From Bugula neritina (lineage: Eukaryota > Animalia > Bryozoa): a DNA stretch of 64,000 bases. The position numbers and the translations under genes are program-made. The stretch is from the NCBI GenBank assembly GCA_964035545.1, contig OZ037766.1:13506722-13570721 (forward strand), given 5' to 3'. This document shows, piece by piece, positions 1 to 11,800 of the stretch. A model generated the notes under the pieces. It did no database searches. It was not told the origin of the DNA and saw only the letters and a program-made list of their open reading frames with translations. Numbering within the stretch: the first letter of the stretch is position 1; every line of letters starts with the position of its first letter.

Positions 1-390
1 CAACAAGCATAAAGGTTTCTATTAAATAACTGCAATGATTGAAAATCTGTGTGCAAATCAAAGTCATACCTCATATGTTAATTGATTCAGTTTTTAGCAT
101 TTAATCTCATGTACTTGCCATATAACAGGCATTTAAAAAAACTTTTTAAAACACAATCATATGGATTTTAATTTGACAGTGTCACAATTTTGACAAAAAT
201 CACTCAATTATTTAATTATGAGTAAATTAAAATAACTATATTAATTAGGTTTACAGTGCTGATAGCTTTTGCAACTAAAAGTAAATAGTACTATGTTATG
301 ACCTTTAGTATTACATTTAGTGTATAACACTAACAATAACAGCATTTAATGATTATATTTTTGCTTTTAGCTACTTGAGTAATTCCATAT

Positions 391-1135
391 TTACTCGAAC
401 TTACTCGAAGTGATCATCACACTGGACCGCCCTAGAGAGAGGAAAGGGTGTGCCGCATATGAGTAATATGTTGAACAGTCATTGGTCAATAGTCATACAA
501 TTAGTACTGTTTAGACTGTATTTACTGAACAGGAACTTAATTCTGTCTATGTGGAGACCTCTGAATCATTGCTTTGATTGCGACCAATTTTCAGATCTCG
601 GATAGTCCTTGGGAGAAAACTGTTCAGGTACTTTGTGCTGTTAGCACCCATTAATCGGGGCTGTCTCCTCGCTTGGGAGGAAGTCTGTATAGCGCTGTTT
701 GTCGGTTTGTTCAGCAGGTCATCACAGACAGAGCTGAGAGTCAGATGTTGTTCTTTTGCCAGAATCTTCATAAGGAGATTAATACTTCTGGTTCTCCTTC
801 TCTGTTCAAGGGGCTGTAGGTAGAGTTTCTTCACGGCACTTTCCAAATCTTCGCAGCTTTTAATATTACCTATGAATCGCACTGCATTCACTTGTATTTT
901 TCCAAGTCAGAAATATGCTTTTTGCAAGTTGGGTCCCAAGCTGCACTAGCATACTCAAGGTATGGTAGACACAAGGCTTTATATGCAATCAATTGGGCTT
1001 GTTGGGGGGGGGGGGGCAGTAGAGAGCACTTTTAATTATACTGAATTGTTTTCTAGCATTTAGTATTTAATTTGATATAATTATATGTTTGCTGAACCTG
1101 CAATCTGATTGCAGTGCAACACCCAAGTATTTTGT
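391..1135 (-). mobile_element. 5'-truncated, decayed non-LTR retrotransposon (LINE, CR1/L2-group-like): C-terminal end of ORF2 plus 3' UTR
   Basis: The minus strand reads KYLGVALQSDCRFSKHI (~1083-1133), YKALCLPYLEYASAAWDP (~935-985) and NAVRFI...LEQRR...FLPRTIRDL (ORF 547-891), which are typical post-RT motifs of LINE ORF2. The frame is broken, and a G13 run lies at 1004-1016. The short tandem TTACTCGAA(C/G) x2 at 391-410 may be the 3' tail. Confidence 0.8.
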
Positions 1136-2886
1136 AGATGTTGAGTTTTACTGTCCGTGATACTTATACTTATAGTGATACCTAGCTTTTGTTATACTTA
1201 TTTAAAAACTAAAGTTACATCTACAATTAATATCAATAATCAATAAATACCAAGTGGCGAGTAACCACTGAAATGACTAGAAGTAGAACTCAAAAGTTCT
1301 CCCGATTTATTTTTCTTACTTTTAGTTCTTACGTTCTATCTAACCTTTCAACTTTGAAGTGAGTGTAAAACAAACTAGCCACTACTTGAATCCTTCAGTT
1401 TTATCATAGCTATACTAACTTTAATAATAAAAATATAAAATAAATACTTATACTATAAGTATAATATTTTTAACATAAAGACTCTGAGAGCGAGACTCAG
1501 ACTGAGAATATCAGTATCAGTATGACTATGACTATGAGTATGACTATGAGTATAAAAGATAGAATAAACGTTAGAAGTACAAATATCACGGTACGATTCA
1601 GTATGAGCATGAAACTAAAAGACAGAGTCTTTTATATAACAACCTTATATTATGGTCATGATGGTGCCATAGTGATAATCACATAAAATTACAAAAGGAA
1701 ATGAATAAGATTTGCATCGACAGCAATGAGCAATCTGTCATATCGCCATCCTTTTCCACATGTTTTCTCCAAATCTAAACAATCTCCTAACAACTAGCCT
1801 CGCTGACTGCGCGCTATACATTACTATTGGTTAATTTTCTAGACATGCTTTTCTATTGGCCTATCTAGTTATAAACTTTCTTGTTACGAATGAAAGCTAC
1901 GATTGTTATTAAAGACTACTATTCAGCCTATCAGACTGGCTCAGAAATGTTTTTCATTATAAGCTGAAGTACAAGTCTGTTGTGGTGAATTTACATCAAA
2001 GTTGGTTGCTATTTTGCAGAAAAGTAGTACCTGCAGCACAGCCTTTGCTTTTGAGTACAGCCACTTGGCCAAATAAGTGTTAGTGGGTAGATTTAATGCT
2101 TCAAAATGATAATATATATGCAAGTCCTATTCTTTTCTTGCTTTGTTGTATTTACTCCAATTGTATTTTTTGGCCTTTAATTGTTGAACTTCAGTTTTTT
2201 TTGTGAAGTCTTAAAATAATAATTGTAATTCGTTCATGTTAATTATTTTAGTTGTGGCGTCTAAAGGGTCAACCAGCTGCAAATCAAGTGTAAATAATAT
2301 GGTAAAAGATTACACCAGAGAAGAAATGACCTAAACTAATGCACTATAACAGTCATTTCTGACTTGTTGACATTGTAATAATGGTTATCAACAGTGCCTA
2401 ATGCCTAAGTGTGGTTATTGAGGAGCATATTACTACAGATGGAATAGTTACAAATGAATGCTTGTTACACTAGGAATTAGCAAGAAACTACTCAGCATGA
2501 TGTATAATTTCAATGTGCTGTATTCTTAATTATTATGATAGGGCCCTCACCACAAGTAGCGCAAATTTCATAAAAACTAAGATATTAGCTGTTCTACTAA
2601 ATAAAACATCATGTAAAAGACAAAGCATCTTTTCAAAATGCTGTAGAAATAATTGATAAGTTGGTTTGCATATGAGAAAAACCCAATTGAATTTTATAAT
2701 AGAAAAAGTTGTACATGTATATAAAAGTTCTCTCAAAATGTTAGTAAAATTATAAAAATACAAAATTAAAAAACTTTTAAAATGAAGCTGCACTAACAAG
2801 CAAGTGGTTAAATTTTGCGCTCAGCCTTGCTGCACTTTGTCACAATAAGCCATTAATTCACTTGTGGTGCTCATCATCCCTGGTGT

Positions 2887-5800
2887 CTAGAATTTGACTT
2901 TCCCTGGGATGTACTTGTCAATCAGACCTTGGTAATAAGACTTCAGCTCATCTGGGTCTGGCATGTTCTCGGTCTTAGAGTACAAATCAAATGGGCTACA
3001 ATAACAAACGAATATAGCTGACCAAAGGCAAAAATTGTTTGGTTATTTTTTAATAATAATTAATGACATAGTATAACTATCACATGGCTTGTGAATCTGT
3101 AATCATAGTTTAACATATACTTTAAACAAAATAAAATTTTATTAAAATCATACTTTGAAATTTTAAAACTTGAACAGTGTATCAAATCATTTTTCAAAGA
3201 AGTTATTGTTTTCAAAAACTAGAAGTGGTATTACTGAAAACTATACTAAAGATATATAACAAAGACACCCCTAATCATTGTTCTAACGAATTTATAACAA
3301 TGTTGGTTAATTGGCAAGATTTACATGACAAGCATGTGGTTTGCGCTGAAATTATTATACCTGAATTTTTTCACCCACTCAATAGTTTCCACATCCTCAG
3401 GGACACACAGGTCTCTGTACTCATCTGATTTGTGCAATGGGTAGAATGAATGGTAGCGCACACACCAGAGGCCTTCTTTGGGAAGAGTGCAGGCTGGGTG
3501 ATTTTTTAGCACTTGGTACAGATATTCTACAAGAGAAAAATTTTCATTTTTGCACTACACGGCATTGCCCTAAAAGTTTTGCTAGAAAATATTAATTGTT
3601 ATAATAGGATATAATTTGTACACTAAATTTGCAATAATTTCTATAAGCCATAGTTATTTCTTAAAATGTAAAAAGGTGTACTTAAATAATCATAGAAAAC
3701 AACAATAAAATCATTTAGCATAGGTACTTGATGTAATCCTAATAAGCAAATTTTATACTTTTTCAAAATTGAACATCTTAAAAAACAAAAAGCTAAATGT
3801 GTTTTGGAACTTTGTGCAATTGCGAAAATGTTTTTTTTTTAAGTTCTGTTGATATTTTTTAGAAAATAAAACTCGGAAGTAATTTTGTAATTCAAAGATG
3901 TGATATGAAAACATAATATTAAAAGGCGCAATTGCCTGTGATAGTCAACTTCTATTTTATATTAACATTTAACATAACTAGGTTAGTACCAAATATTATG
4001 TACCTATCAAAGTAATAGTCATGCCCACCAGTGACAACAACTCTGAACTATGTTGAGGCCTAACATTTGTAAGCATTGTGTGTGCTGTGCTAATCTAATC
4101 TAGCTTATCAGAGTTGGGCTGAATTCATAAAAAACATACCATCATGCCCCCATGACATCATCACATTATCAAGTCCACAGTTTTCTTTGTACATTCCAAG
4201 TCTTGTGCTAAAATAAAGTACATGATGATTTCTTTATTATTCCATAGTACTATAATAATATAAATAATAATCTCATAAGTTTAATATCACTATACTGCAA
4301 AAACAGTATACTACACTCTGAGCAAAACACAAAAGATTTTATTCCATGCAGTATTACAAAAAAATATTACTTTGATTTTAAAATACAATAATATAATAGG
4401 ATATTGCATATACACATCACGTTATTTTGCATGTTAATTTAGCCGAGTAGAATAGTTTATAGTTATCATTTTACATATATAAAAATAATTGCAATTGGGA
4501 AAATTTAATGAGTGTCTTATTGAGATAATTAAAAATGAAAGATATTCAAAAAAAGTGCATTTTAAAAAATATATATGTACTCGTAATTTACTATTTACAA
4601 TTACAATAATGCTGTATGTTATCAGTATGCAAATGCACTTATTTTTATTGCTAATATTTATTACATATTATATTAAATTATATTATTAAATTTCAAAACC
4701 AGTCAACAGCTGTTTAACTTGGTAACTATAGGCCAGTTTGTTGAAATTTCAAATGAAGGTTTTGGCTTCAACTTTGTAAACATTGAGATATGCCATTACA
4801 TAAAAGCATAACATCAGTATCATGTGAAAAGTGTCATAGTATCATCTTTAATAGTATTTGTGACAACCAGAGTTTTCACATGATATTAGATAATTAGTAA
4901 TAATAGTATTGAGTTTATATAAGACCATTGAAAGCATAATGATAAGTTTTATGTTTAGAAGGTCAAAATGTAAAACATTACCGGTCAAAATGTGGAACAT
5001 GGCAAAAAAGTTTATTCTTTAATTATGGTTGGCACCTGTTTGGGATATTCTAGAAAACATATATTATTACATATAATCTAATTATATGATATAGAATATT
5101 CAATTGGTACATGCAAACTTGTGCACTTTCTGACATAACTTAGGTGTTGCTACAATTTTTTTGGCCTTCTTGCAGCCATCTTATATAGATTCACTTTTAT
5201 AATACATTCTAGCACAAAAGTTCTATAAGCATAAGACAGATTTTGAAAATAATAAATTTACACTTCGTGCAAACTAATGATAATTATAACTGTAATAGTA
5301 AAGTAAAAGAATGTCAAAACAATCTTAATAAATAATTTAAGTTATAACAAATAGATTAAGCCTTCTAAACAGTTCTTTTCTAAATTATACACGCAGGTTA
5401 GTTATATGATGGTAGTGACGTATATTAGCGTAATATTGATATTGTATATCCTTGTTTTTCTTTTGACAATACATATGTATAATGCTTTACTAGGAAGCTC
5501 AAACAATAATTATATTAAAAATGCATTGACAATTATTCTATACCTTTTTCAATTGGGCTATACTAAAAGTTATTAACTACAATGTGAAAAACAGCCATAT
5601 GTTGAATTCAATTTTGTGAAAAGAAATTGACATGAAAAATTTACAATCATAAACTGAAAAAAACATAACATACTGGTTTAAGTTTAGCCAATATATAATA
5701 AGGTTAGGATGCTATTGTTATTATATAGATATATGCCTTACGACAATTCAACCAAAGCTTCCAAACTCCTTGAACAACAACACTCAAGGCCCATTTAAAC

Positions 5801-8800
5801 AGAAGGTGAATATACAGGCTGTGATAATAAGTGGTTTAGATATTATTATTCAACTATTCAATGCAGGTAAATCAAGGTAAACCATTGTTTGAATAGGCCA
5901 TAACAGTTCAGCAGGCCTTTTTAATAATTTTGTAATATGACTTTGGCTAGCTAGCATGACCACACTTTTAGGAAACTGGAGCTATCATAACTAAGTGAGA
6001 GGCATCAATATAAATTGCCAACTTGAAATGTCACTTTGACACTGCTTTGAAAATACATTTTTAAAGTTACTACACAGTAAACAGGAGTTACAAAACTAGT
6101 GGTTGGTCACTTACTTGTATCTGGGATCTTTAACATCTGGACATGCTTCAAAACTTTTGATTCCAAAAACAATGCACTCTCTTGGTGCCAAGCCAACAGG
6201 GTATGTGTCACCCACAGTACACCACTATAACAGGAAAATAATTTGCATATAACTAACAGAATCAAACAGAATAGCTCTTATATAGCACCACATACAGTAT
6301 ATGCCAATAAATATAATATTAAGTATGAATGCTCAAGGATGTATACTATCAGTTTAACAACTACATGTCTACAAGGTCATCCCTAACTGATGCAGGCTTC
6401 CACATAAGTTATACTGTGCTTGTAAAACTGTGAAACTGGGACCTGCAGAGTACCTGAGGTTGCCCGTGCTTCCCCATGACTTTGCCGAGGTCGTGGATGA
6501 GACCAGTGAGATGGAACCAGTCATCATCAGGATATTCGGCTCGGATGGCCTCTGCCGTCTGGTAAGCATGGAAGCTGTTGGCGAATTGAGCATCGGGGTC
6601 TGATTCATCCACAAAGTCAGCCAAATACTCCAAGGCTTCCATTATAGTCAGCTCCACGGTATCAAACTTGCCCCACTTCTCATGCTAACATAAAATCATA
6701 GATGACTTTGCACTTGTTTGTTTCAATACTTCTTGTTATATATGCTTATATAATTATAACACAGTTTTACAATGGAAAATCAAATTATTAAAATTGGACA
6801 TAACATAATATCTAGAAAAAATTTCACAGCTGCATAAATAGTGCTCCATCAATTATTGCCCAGCTTATAGTCCCTGTGCACAGAGTATAATGTAATATAT
6901 GACAGCACCGATTCTAATAATGTACACATTGTAAAGGATCTAACAAAGAAGCATGATAGCCCTTGTTACAAATACCACTAGAACTTTTATTTTTAGCTTT
7001 TAATGGTGATATTTGTTATTATTAGATAGTTCATTCTCCTGTGCAGCAGTCAGCTGCCTAATAATAGGTAAAGCCTAACCGCCACCTTTGTTGAAGCCAG
7101 CTTTTAGGGTTTGACAGGAACTGATCCATCTTCCTTTATGAGGTCATTACATGTGCCCCATAGTTAGCTGACCATAATTATAGCTAAATTTAGATGTAAT
7201 TACCTTTTCTTTGTGATTGCCCTGGTATATAAGGCAGCATTGAAACTCCAAAAAGACAGTCACTCATGTAGCCTAAGCTGAGCTACTTATTTTGTTAAGT
7301 TAAGTGACAAAGAGCTAAATTTTGAAGATATTATAGCAAGCTCGTCAAGAGAATAAAGGTATTTTATTATTATTCTTTGCTATTTTTAACTTGATAATGC
7401 TTTATGTCTTTTATTACAATTTTTATTGCTGTTATATTTTAATATTATATCGTGATGTTTGCTGGTATTTGAACAACTGTATTGTATGAGTTTTAGCACA
7501 CCTATATGTATTCTTTATGTTACTTGTAGTTTTTACGATTTAGAAGAAAATTAATAAAAGTGAGAGATTTGTTAAAACTTCTTCTCAGTCCGTACCAAAA
7601 CCATTTTTGTGGCGAGACCTTGCTCAACAGTAAAAACTTTATCTCAAGTGGTGAAGCAGTAAAGCGCTGCTTCCAAGTGGTGGTGAGAGAATAAAGATTC
7701 CTTTCCAAGTGGTTGTGAGAGTCGGCAGTGAAGTCCTCGTCTCCAACTAGAGATAGCAGTCCGTCAAGTTCCATTTCGCAGCATTTTCCCTACTACCTAC
7801 CCACTCCTTTCCAAGAAGTCGTACCTTCAGCCAAGAGGACAATTTCAGCATTAACATTAACATTTCATTTGGAATTAATTGAAACCTCCATTCATTCCGG
7901 AAGTAGAAGAAGGGGTGAGCAATTATATTCTTAAATACCAGGCAATCTAGGGCTTATAGTAACTTAGTATAGGAGTATTATTTGGTCCCTTTGTTGTATT
8001 GCATGTGATGACCTTGCATTGAGGGTGAGGTCGGTTCCTTGTTAATTGTTGAAATTAATTAGTTGGCATTTTTTGGTGGTGTTAGGTTGATGAATTCATA
8101 GGTTAGGAAAATTGCTTAGTAATTACTTGACAAATTAGTTGTAACGTTTTAAGTGGTGTTTGAAACAAAAATCATGTCTTCTATACATAGTGGTAGCCGT
8201 ATTTCTGAAACTAGGAAAAGTAGCAGAACTAGGGGTTTATCTGAAAAGGCTCAAGAAAATGAGCTGGTAAAAGGATTAAAGTCTGTAAATTCTTGTATCC
8301 GTAAATTTAACAAGCTGTTGAAAAGTCAACCAGTTAATAATCCAGAAAATATTTCTGAGATGCAAAGCGCAGTTTTAGAAGCTCAAACCGAGCTGCATGT
8401 TCTTGGCAATTTACCAACTAGCAGTAGTAGTGAAGATCTTAGTGAGGTAGCTAAGCAAGTAGAAACAATGGCTAAAGTTCTTGAATCTATGCAAAAAAGT
8501 ACTGAAATTGATCAAGGGCAACACAGTGCCTCACCTCCTCTTGAAGTTCAAAGCCCTAAGCATTCAACTAAGGCTAGTAGCATTTCCGCTAAAAGTAATA
8601 GGTCAATTCGAGTGGTTAAGAATAAACTTGCAGCAGCAAATGTTGATATAGAGTTAGAAACTTTAAGAAAGCAAGCACAGTTGAAAGCACAAATAGATGC
8701 AATGCAATTAGAATTGCAAGCTAGCGAATTAGAAGCTAAAAAGCAAAGAATTATGGTTAGGCGTGACGTATTAGAAGAATATGATGTAGATGAGAGGGAG

Positions 8801-11800
8801 GAAATAGAAGACGCTCTTGATGTAATTTCTTTGCATGGCGACCCAATCATTCCTCCTCTCGAAAGAGTAGCTGTAGGTGAAAATTTGAATGTTATAGCAC
8901 CTAGTTTAAACAATGAGCATCCAGCAATAGGTAACGGGCAGTCTTTGAGCAGTAACAATATCAGTGATATACATGTCCTTGCAGATTCTATAACTAAAGC
9001 TATGCATGTAAATCGTCTCCCCATACCTGAACCACCAGTTTTCTGTGGCAACCCTCTTGAGTATGCTGATTGGGAAATTTCCCTTAGAACTCTTATTGAG
9101 AGAACTAATATTCCTGAATCTGATAGAATTCATTATTTGAAAAAATATGTGGGAGGTAGTGCAAGGGAGGCAATTAGTGGATATTTCCTACTAAATTGTG
9201 ATGATGCATATTGTAAGGCAAAGGAAATTTTACGTGAACGTTTTGGTTCTAGCTATACAGTAGCTGAATCCTTTAGAACAAAACTAAATAATTGGCCTAA
9301 GATCAAACCTCATGACAGAATTTCTATTCAGAAATATTCAGATTTCTTGTGCCAATGTGAAGCTGCCATGCTTAGATTTGATGAGTTAAATATTCTCAAT
9401 GATTCCCAGCAAAATAAATTCATGTATGAAAAACTTCCTGACTGGATGTCAAGTAGGTGGAAAAGGAAGTTAACGCAATTTAGAAAGGCAAATGGTGCTT
9501 ATCCAAAGTTTGGCTTGTTTGTAGAGTTTGTAAAAACTGAATCTGATATTATTAATGACCCTGTGACAGCTAGTGTGGACCATGCTGATAGGATAGATGC
9601 TAAAAGACCAATAAGCAGCAGTTATAGTAAACCAGTGGCTAACACACGTGTAACTTCTCTTACATCAAGCAAGCACTGTATATTTTGTGACATGAGTAAC
9701 CACGAAATTGATGAATGCTTCAAGTTTGGCAAGTTGTCAGTACATGAAAGAAAGCAGTATGCAAGTAGATATAGGCTTTGTTTTCAATGCCTTAAGGCAA
9801 ATCACATCAAGGCTCAATGCAACAAAGTATGTATCTGCAAAAAATGCCAAGGCAAGCACCCCACTAGCATGCATTATGGTAGTACACGTGACAATGCAGG
9901 GAATATTGGAAGGTCTCCGTCTAATAGTGGAAGTTATACCCAAAATGATGGTCATTATAGTAGCAAAGTTACTAGCAAAAGCAGTGTAACCAATGATAAA
10001 GGAAATGTAGCATCAAACATAGATAGTGCTAGCAATGCAAACAACTGTAGTACTGTAAGAGCTAATTCTGGCCTGAGTTCCATGGTAGTGCCAGTCTGGC
10101 TGTGTGATGCAAGTGCACCCGAAAAGGAAATCTTGGTATATGCTATGCTTGATACCATGTCTGACACTACCTTTATTACAACTCAAGCAGCAGATTGTTT
10201 AAATGCACCAGGTGAAGCAACCTCATTAAAACTTACAACTATGAATGGCACTAAAAGCTCAAATGAATGCTGTAGGTACAGTGGTTTGATGGTTCGTGGG
10301 TATAACAATGCTGACAAAATAGCTATTCCTTGTGCATATTCAACTAAAGTTATTCCCCTTGACAAGTCACATATTCCATCTGCCAAAGTAGCAAATGCAT
10401 GGCCTCATTTGCAGCAAATAGCACATGAATTCCCAAGTCTTGAAAATGTACCAGTTTCTATGCTAATTGGTTATGATGTGTCTAAAGCACTTATGCCACA
10501 GCAGTTAATAGTAGGATCTCATGACACTGACCCATTTGCTGTTAGAACACCTCTAGGGTGGTGCATTGTGGGAAATACCAGCTACCCTGGCAGTAAGCAA
10601 TTTAACACGTGCTGTAGGACAGTAACCTTGACCAATGAGCATGCATGCAAAAATGAACAGACAGCTGTAACCTTTGATTGTGCTACTGCAAACTCAAGCA
10701 AGCAAATATTGCCTCAAAATGTACTTGAATTGCTACAGCAAGACTTCATGGAAAATCAAACTAGAGCATGCACAACTATGTCACAAGAAGATAAGCTATT
10801 TGTTTCCAAATTAGAAGCAGGTATTGAGCAAAATGAAGGGGGTTATATCACCATGCCTTTGCCATTTAAAACTGATGCCAAGCCCTACCTACCCAATAAC
10901 CGCTTGATGGCTGAAAAGCGACTTGAGTCACTTAAGACTAAACTTAGCAAGAATGAGCACTTGAAGCAGGATTATTTAAAATTCATGAATGACGTAATTG
11001 ATGCTGGTGATGCTGAGCTAGTGCCAGAGTGTGAAAAATCTCAAAACAACAGTACATGGTACATACCACATTTTGGTGTCTATCATCCCAAAAAACCAGG
11101 GAAAATCCGAGTAGTTTTTGATTGTAGTGCTAAATATGCAAACTTGTCTCTCAATGACCATCTTATTCAGGGCCCTGACCTAATGAATAGGCTGGTAGGT
11201 GTTCTACACAGATTTAGAAAAGGCCAAGTAGGGATTATGTGCGACATACAGAAAATGTTCCACATGTTCAAAGTTCACAAAAATGACAGAGACTACCTTC
11301 GGTTTTTATGGTACACTGATGCTAGTTTAACAAAAGTAGCAGAGTACAGGATGACTGTACATTTGTTTGGTGCGACATCTTCACCAGGATGCGCCACCTT
11401 TGGTTTACGTTACTTGGCAAATAAAAATCACGATGCAAACGATGAACACAGTGTTAGAGCTAAAGATTTTATAATCAATGATTTCTATGTTGATGATGGA
11501 TTATTGAGCTTAAATTCAGTAACAGACATGGCCAATGTAATTTCTCAAGCAGTGGATCTTTGCAAAACAGGAAATATTAGGTTGCATAAGTTTGTAAGCA
11601 ACAGTACACAGCTCCTAGATACAATACCAAATTCAGAAAAAGCTGAAACAATTAAGGACTTGAATTTGAACACAGGCAACAGTGTTCTGCCCATGGAAAG
11701 AGCATTAGGCATTAAATGGTGCACGCAGTCTGACAATTTTAAATTCTCAATGAATCTCAAACAAATCGAGCCAGCTACAAAGCGTAGAATTTTGTCAACA

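Noticed and set aside
2821-2877. C/D-box snoRNA-like or SECIS-like motif (ATGATGA...CTGA, minus strand) just after the MIOX stop
   Set aside because: It lies in a 3' UTR, has no convincing terminal stem or recognisable guide, and MIOX has no in-frame TGA.
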